From Candidatus Bathyarchaeota archaeon (GTDB taxonomy: Archaea > Thermoproteota > Bathyarchaeia > Bathyarchaeales > Bathycorpusculaceae), in contig CAWHXY010000008.1 in NCBI GenBank assembly GCA_963833575.1, positions 64,001 to 128,000 of the forward strand: a stretch of DNA of 64,000 bases, in the 5' to 3' direction. Shown one piece after another: positions 11,058 to 20,659 of the stretch (position 1 is the stretch's first letter; the number at the start of each line of letters is the position of its first letter). The translations under genes were made by a program, and so were the position numbers. The notes beneath the pieces were generated by a model. It had not been told where the DNA came from. It did not search any database and saw nothing but the letters and a program-made list of their open reading frames with translations.

Positions 11058-11486
11058 ATGCTCAACAAAAATACACGAGGAAAAAAAATGAACCTAACAC
11101 ACAAAAACGTTCAAACAAAACTTACCAAAGGCCTATTAGACCTAATAATTCTCCAATTGCTTGACACTCACCCAATGCACGGCTATGAGTTAATATCAAC
11201 AATCCGCAAAAGCTACGGCGTAACGTTTGGCGCAAGCACAATTTACCCATTGCTAAGCACAATGGAAAAAAAGAGCTATATAAAATGTGAATGGAACATG
11301 AATGGCGAGCGGCCGAGAAAGGTTTATGCGTTAACAAACGATGGGAAATCAATGCTTGATTACACTACCGGTTCACTTAAGACGATCTGCAGAACAATGG
11401 GAACAAGTAACGTTCAAGCTCATGAAGACCATCTGCAATTTAATATTGCGCCAGGTTCAAAGAACACTGACAATTTTGTTTTCTAA
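11058..11486 (+). CDS. PadR-family transcriptional regulator
   Basis: KGLLDLIILQLL..HPMHGYEL...STIYPLL..ME...RPRKVYALT..GK. Confidence 0.92.
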   Translation: MLNKNTRGKKMNLTHKNVQTKLTKGLLDLIILQLLDTHPMHGYELISTIRKSYGVTFGASTIYPLLSTMEKKSYIKCEWNMNGERPRKVYALTNDGKSMLDYTTGSLKTICRTMGTSNVQAHEDHLQFNIAPGSKNTDNFVF

Positions 11487-11641
11487 ATCACAACTTCTTC
11501 CCTATGAAATTGATATTAATGAGTAAGTTTAGCGGAGAAACTGAGTCTGTCGTTTTCTTGTATGGGCATTTTTGTTTTTGTCGATTATTAAGTTTCAGAT
11601 GCCTTTTCAAATCTAATATTCAAAGAATGTTTGTTTACATT

Positions 11642-11866
11642 TCAAGCTTGCAGCGTCTCATTATCAACGCTGACATCAATGCTTGATAAACAACATACGT
11701 CCAGCTGAATCTGCTTTAACACTTTAAGTCTATTTTCAAAAGCCGTAACAAGATCATCCAACAAAATCGTTCGCATTTCAGTTGAAAGCATACCCAAACT
11801 GCCATCTAAAGCGTCAGCTAAATTATTCTTCAGTTGCTTCCTATTTTTGCCCGTTAAATGATTTAT
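11642..11866 (-). CDS. Small hypothetical protein (about 74 aa), non-canonical or uncertain start
   Basis: Hand translation INHLTGKNRKQLKNNLADALDGSLGMLSTEMRTILLDDLVTAFENRLKVLKQIQL...; amphipathic helical composition; GGGGA RBS-like motif upstream of an ATA. Confidence 0.55.
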   Translation of the reverse strand: MNHLTGKNRKQLKNNLADALDGSLGMLSTEMRTILLDDLVTAFENRLKVLKQIQLDVCCLSSIDVSVDNETLQA

Positions 11867-12005
11867 TTTTTTACATCCCCTAATTGTTTCTTAGAGGTTT
11901 GAAGTATTGCAGTGGCTATATTAGTTCTTTATGAATTCAAAATCAGATGACAAAATTCTTTCCAGTAATATAGAATCTTTCATTTTTCTTTGCCAAAATT
12001 TTTTG

Positions 12006-12420
12006 TTTGTGTTTTAGGTTGCTTTTTTGGTTTAGGGTTTGAATTGGTTGCAGGTTGATACATTTTTTGACACAATTTGACACAAATTGACGTGATTTGA
12101 CATTTTTAGACAATCAAGGTACAAGGCGAAAATAGGCTCAATATCATTTTTTGACTAAACTTTGAAAGAGGATTTCGACGCAGTATTTTTCTAGTTGCTT
12201 TAACTTGGTTTCTTGATTTAGGTCTTGATTTGTTGCAGGTTGAGTGTCTTTTAGTCTAGTTTAATCTTTTTTTAATCTAGTTTGATCTAGTTTAAGCTAT
12301 TTTAGATTGGTCTTTGGATTGTTCTTTTTTTGGTCAGCTTGTGCCAGTGTGTTTCTTTTTGTAGGGCTTATTTTTGCAGGTTGTGTTGTTTTTCGTCAGC
12401 AATTGTCATTTTTCGAGGCA
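12006..12420. repeat. Intergenic cluster of three TTGCAGGTTG-core motifs, each followed by ~10-bp phased short repeats
   Basis: TTGCAGGTTG at 12048, 12233, 12374; T(T/A)GAC at 12067, 12077, 12087, 12097, 12107. Confidence 0.6.
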
Positions 12421-12740
12421 TATGGTTATCTTTAATGATTGAGTGAGAGGTTGGACTACAGTTAGGGATTCGAGATTATTTCGGGTGGTAAGCTGGAGTA
12501 AACTGATCCTGGACTATGGTTGGTCGATGCGAAATACGCGAGCGTTATGCTAAAAAGACCTCAAACAAACAAAGCTTTTTAATTCCACATTTAATTGCTT
12601 GGCAAACAGGAAAGTTTCGTCAGGCATCCTTTTAATGCTTCAGCCATTTCTTTTGTCCTTGTCGTTCACCGATATATGCACATGTTAACAAGTCTTTTAT
12701 TATCATGAAGCTGATTCAAACGCAAAAGGAGAAATAATTA

Positions 12741-12908
12741 ATGACAAAACCAAAAACAGTCTTCGAAAATGAAGACGCAGTCCGACTGCTAAACTACTTT
12801 ATCTCCTACAAAGAAATAGTAAACAAAACCAAAAATCATCCAGATAACGACCCCAACAACTTTAAAATATCGGTTTTGCCGCAAAAAGACTTGCCAGAAC
12901 TCAAATGA
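12741..12908 (+). CDS. Small hypothetical protein (55 aa)
   Basis: AGGAG RBS then ATG; MTKPKTVFENEDAVRLLNYFISYKEIVNK...; T-rich tract after the stop. Confidence 0.5.
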   Translation: MTKPKTVFENEDAVRLLNYFISYKEIVNKTKNHPDNDPNNFKISVLPQKDLPELK

Positions 12909-13066
12909 CCTGATTTCTTGTGTTTTTCAAAGATTTTAATTTACAGTTTGACAAGGGGTTCTTTTTTTTTGGTTTAATATCACACTGTAACTTCTGAGAA
13001 TCGCCTTTTTGATTGAGTTTTGCCAAGGTGGTACTTGAGCTCTCCTTTCAATGGAGATATCACCTG

Positions 13067-14518
13067 TCACAATTCTCTTTCTTTGTGCTGAGAAATCAAT
13101 TTTGTTTTAGTTCTTAGAACTGAAGGGATGACAGCTAAGGCATTTACGAATGCTAGCCATAGATAAGTCGTTTTTATGCTTTGGAGAAACATTTCTTTGC
13201 CAATGGTAAGTGTTGTGGTGTATCCTGCTGCTACTTGAGTAACTAGGGTGTATGGGATGGTTAGACTCATAATTAGTATTGCAAGGTTTAGACTGACCGC
13301 GAAGCCTACGTTTAGGAAAGTTGATCGTATTGCTGAGCCTACGCCTCGTTCGTCTGCGGGGCACGCGGTCATGACTGCGCTCATGTTGTGACTGCTGAAA
13401 AGACCCATCGATACGCCAAAAAGAACCATGTAAGTTAGAACGGTCAGATAAGATGTTGTCATGTTTACTGTTGAGAACAAGTAGAGTGAGAGGCTGGAGA
13501 GTGCGATGCCAGAGGTTGTGAAGGGTAAGTGGCTGTATTGGTCACTTAGTTTTCCGCTTATTGGTCCAGCGATGAGAAAGGCGACGTCGAAGGGGATAAT
13601 ACGTACTCCTGCCTCTAATGGGCTGAGACCTAAGACGAGTTGAAAGTAAAAACTTAGAAGCACCAATACAGCACCCCAAGCAAGCCCATTGATTAACAGC
13701 GCAATGAGACCTCCAGTGTATTCACGAATTTTTAGAAGTTTAAAGTTGACCAGAGGATTTAGACTTCTACGTTCTTGAAAAAGAAAACTTGCAAATGTTA
13801 CTATGCTTATGAGCACAAACGATGCTGTTAGAATTTGACTTCCAATGCCATATGCTGCAAAAGTCAGCGCAAGGAGAAGTGTGGATATCGAAGTTGAAAA
13901 TAATGCAAAGCCCGCCCAGTCAACGCTGAGAAATTTGTTTTTGCCATGGCGGTTTTTTGTGCCTGTTTCCTTTATGGTTCTATGGGCCCATATTGTGCCG
14001 ATTATACCCACTGGGATGTTTATGTAGAATAATGCTCGCCAATCGCCTAGAAATGTGATTATTATGCCGCTCAGCGTTAGGCCTGCCATGGCGCCGAATC
14101 TGAATCCTAGGTTGTTTATGCCTAAGGAGTAACCAAGTTCGTTAGGTGGAGTAGCGTCGGTAATTATGGCTATGCTGCTTGTAAGTATGATTCCTGCTCC
14201 CATGCCTTGGATGATGCGGAAGATTATGAGCTGCATTGGAGTAATGGAAAAACTGGTGAGAGCGGAGCCTATGGTGAAAATTAGGAAACCACTGGTATAT
14301 ACTCGTTTTCTGCCATAGAGGTCAGCGAAGCGACCTGTAAGAAGGAGAATGCCTATTGTGCCCATTATGTAGGCTTGGCTTATCCAGATGCCTTGTTCTG
14401 CGTCGGCTCCTATGGCGTGGATTACTTGGGGGAGGCCGATTATGACTATTCGTGCGTCGATTCCTGCCATTAGAACGCCGATGGTTGTTACGGTGAGGAC
14501 TAGCCACTTATACTTCAA
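13067..14518 (-). CDS. MFS transporter, 14-TM DHA2/EmrB-QacA-like
   Basis: GRFADLYGRKR motif A, FRIIQGMG, WRALFYINIPVG, DWAG. Confidence 0.93.
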   Translation of the reverse strand: MKYKWLVLTVTTIGVLMAGIDARIVIIGLPQVIHAIGADAEQGIWISQAYIMGTIGILLLTGRFADLYGRKRVYTSGFLIFTIGSALTSFSITPMQLIIFRIIQGMGAGIILTSSIAIITDATPPNELGYSLGINNLGFRFGAMAGLTLSGIIITFLGDWRALFYINIPVGIIGTIWAHRTIKETGTKNRHGKNKFLSVDWAGFALFSTSISTLLLALTFAAYGIGSQILTASFVLISIVTFASFLFQERRSLNPLVNFKLLKIREYTGGLIALLINGLAWGAVLVLLSFYFQLVLGLSPLEAGVRIIPFDVAFLIAGPISGKLSDQYSHLPFTTSGIALSSLSLYLFSTVNMTTSYLTVLTYMVLFGVSMGLFSSHNMSAVMTACPADERGVGSAIRSTFLNVGFAVSLNLAILIMSLTIPYTLVTQVAAGYTTTLTIGKEMFLQSIKTTYLWLAFVNALAVIPSVLRTKTKLISQHKEREL

Positions 14519-14706
14519 AGTTTAGGCATCTCGAAAGATTGTTCCCACATGGATTGAAGCGTGGTTTTAAAGTTTACCCAAGGAAAAGTAAGAATCGAGA
14601 TTTGTCCACAAACTACGAAAATTCGTTAGACCTGTTTTTTCGTCGCTAGTTTTGAGAGTTTCAAAAAAATTAAATTTTGAGCAATAGCTCCTTAGTTTTT
14701 GTCATG

Positions 14707-14802
14707 GCGGTGAATTCAAATGCTGGTTGTTTTAATTTGAGCTCCGGTCTCAGACAGATACAGGCTTGATTTGAAACCATACTCAAATTGAGGCTTCACC
14801 GC
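14707..14802. other. Nested inverted repeat / long hairpin of unknown role
   Basis: GCGGTGAA/TTCACCGC, AATTTGAG/CTCAAATT and GGTCTCAGA/TTTGAAACC arms are nested; T-run follows on +. Confidence 0.55.
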
Positions 14803-14818
14803 ATTTCTTTTTTTGTTA

Positions 14819-16162
14819 TTACAGATAAACAGTGTATACATGGTTGTCGGAAAAAGTCTGCTTCCGTATATTGCTGATTTTTGGGTGTCTAATTACAATC
14901 GCAAGAGTTAGTATGACTATTAGTAAGAGCATAACCGCCAGTTCGGGTAACTCTGGAACGGTAGGTGAAGGAGTGGAAGTTGGAGTTTGAATAAGTGTAG
15001 AAGGCGAAGTAGGTAAAACACCTAAAGCATAGACTTTATGGTCATTCGAGCCAACGTAAACTACGCCCCCCACAACAGCTGGAGATGAATAGACGTAGCT
15101 TCCTGTACTATAACTCCAGAGCTTGCTTCCACTTGTTGCATTGAGGGCGTAGACGTTGCAATCCCACGAACCAACATAGACAACTCCGTCGACGACAGCA
15201 GGGGAAGAATCAACATAACTGCCTGCAGTGAAATTCCAAAGTTGGGCGCCGTTATCTGCATTCAAAGCATAAACAGTATAGCCATCCTCTGAGCCAACAT
15301 AGACAATGCCCCCAGCAACAGCAGGACACGAATCAACCTCTCCACCGATGGTATAATTCCAGAGTTGGGTCCCACTGGAAGCATCCAAAGCATAAACGCC
15401 ATAACTTGAGCCTACATAGACTATTCCACCAATAACAGCAGGAGGCGAATCCACCCCTTCGTTAACAGGAGCGTACTTCCAGAGCCTTGCCCCATTGACT
15501 GCATTCAAAGCATAAACTCCCCCATCATTCGAAACGACGTAGACTACCCCGTCGACAATTGCTGGAGACGACTCAAAACTGCCGCCGGCACTGTAGTTCC
15601 AGACTTGCACGCCGTTAGCTGCATTCAAAGCATAAAAGGTACTGTCACTCGAACCTACGTAGACTACGCCGTTAAACACAGCTGGAGACGAATCAATTTT
15701 GCCTCCGGCGGTGTAATTCCAAAGCTTAACCCCGTTGGTTGCATTTAAAGCATAAACGTTATGGTCTTCTGAGCCAATATAGACTATGCCCCCGACAACA
15801 GCAGGTGATGACAAAACCCAGTTTCCTGTGGTGTAATTCCACAATTGGTTGCCGTTTGTAGTGTTTAAAGCATAAACATTATGGTCAAAAGAGCCGACGT
15901 AGACTATGCCGTCGACGACAGCAGGAGATGATTCTACCAAGCCACCGGTGGTGTAGCTCCAAAGTCTCGTAGAATTGAGCACTGAACTGCCTGAGACTAC
16001 ACCGCTGTGAGACAAATCAGCATGGAACATGGTCCAATCAGCGTTTGCAAATGGAATCAAAACTAAGCTGGAAATTAAAAATATTAAGGCAATAAATGCA
16101 AGAAGAATGATTGGAAATCTCATCAATACCACTTTTAAATAACAATTATCTAACACTGACAT
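14819..16162 (-). CDS. PQQ-like (BamB-type) beta-propeller surface protein with PEF-CTERM-like anchor
   Basis: Eight SSPAVVxGxVYVGSxDxxVYALNAxxGxxLWxY repeats; signal peptide; VPELP + TM + basic tail. Confidence 0.9.
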   Translation of the reverse strand: MSVLDNCYLKVVLMRFPIILLAFIALIFLISSLVLIPFANADWTMFHADLSHSGVVSGSSVLNSTRLWSYTTGGLVESSPAVVDGIVYVGSFDHNVYALNTTNGNQLWNYTTGNWVLSSPAVVGGIVYIGSEDHNVYALNATNGVKLWNYTAGGKIDSSPAVFNGVVYVGSSDSTFYALNAANGVQVWNYSAGGSFESSPAIVDGVVYVVSNDGGVYALNAVNGARLWKYAPVNEGVDSPPAVIGGIVYVGSSYGVYALDASSGTQLWNYTIGGEVDSCPAVAGGIVYVGSEDGYTVYALNADNGAQLWNFTAGSYVDSSPAVVDGVVYVGSWDCNVYALNATSGSKLWSYSTGSYVYSSPAVVGGVVYVGSNDHKVYALGVLPTSPSTLIQTPTSTPSPTVPELPELAVMLLLIVILTLAIVIRHPKISNIRKQTFSDNHVYTVYL

Positions 16163-16325
16163 TTAGTTCTAATCTTGGAACAGCTAAAGAATAGGCTGTT
16201 CTTCTTTTGGAACACTGAAAGCTTATTCAGCATTGAACTTCCACCCTCCAGCAAATCAGGCGGGAGAACGCATTAAACGATTCCTCTTTTGGATACATTA
16301 CTGCATTTCCTATTTTTTTGTTAAA

Positions 16326-16390
16326 TTAGGGTTTTAATCGTTTGCAGGTTGCGGTTTGAAAAGGTTCGGAAGGTCTAAAAAGGTTATAGA
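16326..16390. repeat. Copy of dispersed motif TTAGGGTTTTAATCGTTTGCAGGTTG plus phased GGT repeats
   Basis: Matches 12032-12057 and 31478-31501. Confidence 0.55.
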
Positions 16391-16636
16391 CTGGGAAAAT
16401 ACTGAAGGTCCACAAGATCAAGCGTATTTTGCAACTAAATTAAAGCTTTTTGAGTTAATTTGGACCCTTCTCGAATTCATGTCTTTTTAGTGTTTTTGTT
16501 CAAAGCTTATGCTATCAGAAAATCAGATGGCAGAAAAGCAAGTCCAGTAACTCTCAAACCTTTCTTTCTTAGAGGATTTCTGATATCCCAGAAGAGTGAA
16601 CCTTCACCATTCCTACCCTCGTGAAACAAACAAAGC

Positions 16637-17254
16637 TTATGCGAAGCAACCTGCTCCAACTAAGATTACAAAAAAGAGTATAGCGAAGTAGAAACTTAGT
16701 TTGCCAAGTTTGTAGTATCGCAATTTTGTTCTAGTTTTCCTTGAAATTGAAAAAGTCTCACGAACATGATCTCTATACGCCTTGCTCAATAAATCATTGG
16801 GACTGCTATTGAAATAACTGGTCCATAGATCGAGCTTCTCATCTGAAATTTCCTTGAAATAAAAAAGAGACTGAGGCTCAAAGGTTTTCTTGCCGTCTTT
16901 AATCTCAGTTTTGTCTTCATTCCGAAACCTTTTGCCTTGTCTGCCGATTCCACCAAGAGATGCTTCCAAAAAAATAAATATTCCAAGAGCAACAAAGATT
17001 GCGAATCCAGCAAAAGAGATTGAAATCAAGTTAAAGTGAGAATTCAAAAGATTAATTTGAACTGATAACTTTAAGTTTGCGAAAACTGCGAATGCAGTGG
17101 CTGCAGTAATAGACAGAAACGCCATCGCCTCCAATATTCTGCCAGCTTTCGTATCCTCATGCTCATTAAGTTCGGTTATATGTTCAAACATTTCCGCGAC
17201 GATTTTGTATTTTTGTTGCAAATCGTCTTTATCGATAGTGCTCACAAAATTCAA
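16637..17254 (-). CDS. Pycsar-effector-like (PycTM/DUF5706) membrane protein
   Basis: N-terminal helix ending EDTKAGRIL, two TMs, SLFYFKEI motif, ISRKTRTKLRYY before a third TM; this is the characteristic DUF5706 layout. Confidence 0.75.
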   Translation of the reverse strand: MNFVSTIDKDDLQQKYKIVAEMFEHITELNEHEDTKAGRILEAMAFLSITAATAFAVFANLKLSVQINLLNSHFNLISISFAGFAIFVALGIFIFLEASLGGIGRQGKRFRNEDKTEIKDGKKTFEPQSLFYFKEISDEKLDLWTSYFNSSPNDLLSKAYRDHVRETFSISRKTRTKLRYYKLGKLSFYFAILFFVILVGAGCFA

Positions 17255-17495
17255 AATGCATCAATGTTATATTTAACATTTCCCAGAAACTCAAAGTACA
17301 AAACCAAACTTCTCGAATTCATTTTGATAATAACTTTCTGCTTCTCATAATTTTCCGTGTCATAAGAGAGGCCAATGTCAGAAAGAACTATTTTGACACA
17401 TTAATATATCAATCAGAACATCCCCTCTTATTGTTTTAAGGGAAACGTAAAAAAAGTATTCAGATTAGTAATTCACTGTTTGAAGTGTTACAACT

Positions 17496-17927
17496 ATGTT
17501 ACGTAAACCTTGGAAGCTATCCGTTAAAATCCTGATCTTTGATAACAATGGAAAATTTTTGTTGTTAAGACGGTCACTAAACTCAAAGGGAAATCCTGGT
17601 AAATGGGAGCCACCGGGAGGAAAAATTGATCAAGGTGAAACCTTTGAAACAGCCCTTATGCGCGAGATTGAAGAAGAGACTGGCTTGACCGCTTCAATTC
17701 AGCATGTTGCCGGAACATCTGAATCCGAATTATCTAAAGTAAAGATAGTTCACCTGATTTTAGAAGGAAAATTAGAATCAGGACAAGTACATATTAGCGA
17801 AGAACACATAGAATTTGAATGGATCAAACCTGAGGAACTCAACAACTTTGACATAGCAGATTGGTTTATTCCTTTCGCAGTTGAATACATTGAAAAGAAA
17901 GCGTCAAGCTTAACCAGAAAAACCTAA
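17496..17927 (+). CDS. Nudix hydrolase
   Basis: Intact Nudix box GGKIDQGETFETALMREIEEETGL. Confidence 0.95.
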   Translation: MLRKPWKLSVKILIFDNNGKFLLLRRSLNSKGNPGKWEPPGGKIDQGETFETALMREIEEETGLTASIQHVAGTSESELSKVKIVHLILEGKLESGQVHISEEHIEFEWIKPEELNNFDIADWFIPFAVEYIEKKASSLTRKT

Positions 17928-17970
17928 GTTAGACTTCAAATAATTGTTCCTACTGACAAGGGAAGATTAA

Positions 17971-20457
17971 GTGAATTCAACGAAAGAAGATCAAGCTCAA
18001 CTGCTAAACGAGCAGGTTAACCAGTACACAAAGTTATTTTCAAATTACAAATTATTTGCTGATATCTTAGTTCAAATATTTGAGAAAGCTTCAACAAAAT
18101 ATGCGCCTTTAGCAATAGTACAAGCTCGCCCGAAATCAATTTCAAGTTTTGCCGAAAAAATTTTACGGAAAAATAAGTACACTGACCCTCTTAATCAAAT
18201 AACTGATTTATGCGGTGCCAGAGTCATCACACATATTCCTGAAGAAGTCGAGGAAATAGGCAAATATATTGAAAATAATTTTAATGTCGATTTCAATAAC
18301 AGTGTTGATGTAAACCAGAGATTAAAGCCCACAGAATTTGGCTATCGATCCGTTCATTACGTTGTGCAATTCAAAGAGGACATTTTTCCCAATAAAGATG
18401 TTCCCGTAAAGATTCCCGAAGAACTATTTGGTTTAAAGGCAGAAATTCAAGTAAGAACAATCTTGGAGCATTCCTGGGCTGATTTCAGTCATGATTTGAG
18501 CTATAAAGGCTCTTTTAAGATTCCTCAAAAATGGGAACGTGAACTTGCCGGATTAGCTGCCTCACTTGAATCTGCAGATAAAACCTACTCCCGAGTTCAT
18601 AATGGCCTCCAAGTTTATGCTTCCAACTTTGGAGCTTACATGTCTACAGAGCAAATGCAAAATGAAATTAGCCTTCAAGAGTTAGTTTTAGAAAACGATC
18701 CCAATAACTTTGAAGTCGCTCACCGAATAGGAAAAATAGCTATAGTAATGGGTGATTGGCAAAAAGCCATAAATGTTCTCTCCAAGTTCGTCAAATCCGA
18801 TTATCATCCTTTGATTAGAGACCTTGGCGTTGCGCTTTGTACATTCAATAAAGACAATAAAGACAGCACAGAATTCTCTCAAGGTAGAAAGTTTTTAGAA
18901 ATTGCTTGTGCTCCTCCAAATGAAGACATCGATGCACTAACATTTTTAGCAGGTACCTACAGGGGGGTTGACGAAGATAAAGCACGCGAACTTTACCAGC
19001 AAGCTTTTGCTCTCGATTCCACTAATCCTTATGTGCTCGGCAATTATTTAGAATCTGAACTAATCTGTGGACTCGATGTTCCTGCGTTATCCTTGGTTAA
19101 TCCCTTAATTGAGCTGGCAATTAAGAGAAGCCAAAGTCAAGCTGAAGTTGGCGTAAATCTGCAATGGGTATTTTATGATATTGGCCGGTTCTACCTATTT
19201 TTAGGAAAACCCTACGAAAGTCTCAGCGCCTATGCAAAAGCGATACAGGTGAGCTTAAATGATTGGGTCATCGAAGCTGCGCTTAGATCTATTGATCGAC
19301 TTGCAGTTGTAAAAAGTCAATTGACTGGATATGAATGGGTAAAACGGCTGCTTCTAATTGGATTATCATGCAAGTTTCCTGAGAGTGTTGCAGGAAAAAC
19401 TGCATTAAACAAGGCTAAAAAATTAGCCTCAACTAGACATGAACGGCTTAGTGGCGCAATAGTTATTGTGGCCGGCGGAGTCAGCTCCGAAGTTGAACTT
19501 CAAATGTTAACGTACCAGGGCCTTATGTTGGAGGCTTTTTGGGACTTTAAAGGTACAATAATTTCTGGAGGTACAATCTCAGGCATTAGCGGATTAATAG
19601 GGCAAGTGCAAGAAAAATATGCGAGCACAATTAAGACAGTTGGTTACATTCCGAAACCAACCAAAGCAGCATTGATAGATAAACGCTACTGTCAAATTCG
19701 CTTCACTGAGGGTGAAAACTTTAGCCCAACAGAGCCTCTTCAGTATTGGATAGACCTTGTTGACTCAGGCATTAACTGTAATGATGTTAAGCTTTTGGGA
19801 ATAAATGGAGGAATCATATCTTCCATAGAATACAAAATAGCGTTGGCACTTGGAGCGAGCACAGCTATTATTGAGGATGGCAAAATGGAAAAAGAAACGC
19901 TGTTCTCAGATAAAAATTGGAATACTCTGAAGAATTTTGTTCCTATGCTTAATGATTCTTTGACAGCTTGGGCTTTTGTTCAGTCGGGCGCAAAAAAACT
20001 GGACCCAGCCAGCCGAGAACAACTAGGCCAAATTATCCACAAGAACTATCTAGATGCATCTTCACAAAAGAAAAGTCTTGACCCCTCACTGCAGAATTGG
20101 CACAATTTAAAAGATGATTTGAAGGAATCAAATTGCCAGCAAGCTGATCACATAATAGAAAAGCTCAATCGCATTAATTGTTCCACACGTTTAGTAACCG
20201 ACCGTGATATTTCACTTATGCAGTTCTCAAATAGTGAAGTAGAAACAATGGCGCAAATGGAGCACGCCCGATGGAATGTTGAACGCTTTCTTGATGGATG
20301 GCGAAAAGGGCCAAAAGATGTAAGCAGGAAAATCAGCCCCTATCTAGTTTCCTGGTCAGAACTACCGGAGGATATTAAAGACTATGATAGAGATGCTGTC
20401 AAAAAAATTCCTGAAGTTCTAGCAAACATGAACTTGGAAGTAAGGCGCACAAAATAA
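17971..20457 (+). CDS. RelA/SpoT-type alarmone synthetase domain + TPR-like region + SLOG-like domain + RyR repeats
   Basis: SYNTH motifs RPKSISSFAEKILRK, DLCGARV, GYRSVHY, EIQVRTILEHSWADFSHDLSYK; SLOG-like IISGGTISGI and NGGIISSIEYKIAL; RyR AQMEHARW..ER..DGW..G.KD...K.SPYLVSWSELPE..KDYDR; no HD hydrolase domain. Confidence 0.88.
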   Translation: MNSTKEDQAQLLNEQVNQYTKLFSNYKLFADILVQIFEKASTKYAPLAIVQARPKSISSFAEKILRKNKYTDPLNQITDLCGARVITHIPEEVEEIGKYIENNFNVDFNNSVDVNQRLKPTEFGYRSVHYVVQFKEDIFPNKDVPVKIPEELFGLKAEIQVRTILEHSWADFSHDLSYKGSFKIPQKWERELAGLAASLESADKTYSRVHNGLQVYASNFGAYMSTEQMQNEISLQELVLENDPNNFEVAHRIGKIAIVMGDWQKAINVLSKFVKSDYHPLIRDLGVALCTFNKDNKDSTEFSQGRKFLEIACAPPNEDIDALTFLAGTYRGVDEDKARELYQQAFALDSTNPYVLGNYLESELICGLDVPALSLVNPLIELAIKRSQSQAEVGVNLQWVFYDIGRFYLFLGKPYESLSAYAKAIQVSLNDWVIEAALRSIDRLAVVKSQLTGYEWVKRLLLIGLSCKFPESVAGKTALNKAKKLASTRHERLSGAIVIVAGGVSSEVELQMLTYQGLMLEAFWDFKGTIISGGTISGISGLIGQVQEKYASTIKTVGYIPKPTKAALIDKRYCQIRFTEGENFSPTEPLQYWIDLVDSGINCNDVKLLGINGGIISSIEYKIALALGASTAIIEDGKMEKETLFSDKNWNTLKNFVPMLNDSLTAWAFVQSGAKKLDPASREQLGQIIHKNYLDASSQKKSLDPSLQNWHNLKDDLKESNCQQADHIIEKLNRINCSTRLVTDRDISLMQFSNSEVETMAQMEHARWNVERFLDGWRKGPKDVSRKISPYLVSWSELPEDIKDYDRDAVKKIPEVLANMNLEVRRTK

Positions 20458-20659
20458 TGCGCTCGTGAACTGGATTAGATGACCCGTTTAAGCTTAATTT
20501 TCACGCAAAAACTAAGTTTTTTTTAGCTTAGCGTCGTTCATACATTTACAGTTGATTGAGAATAAAGGATTTTTCGAATCTTTAGTTACCTTAAATTCTT
20601 TAAATCGATAAAGTACTTAGGTATGTTACAGTGAGGTAAATAACAGAGGTATTTCCTAG

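Noticed and set aside
12430-12555. G-richer stretch as a C/D box sRNA or small ORF
   Set aside because: No convincing RUGAUGA/CUGA pair at proper spacing; the 36-codon frame is unsupported
14707-14802. Hairpin as an integron attC site
   Set aside because: No RYYYAAC/GTTRRRY ends and no integron integrase
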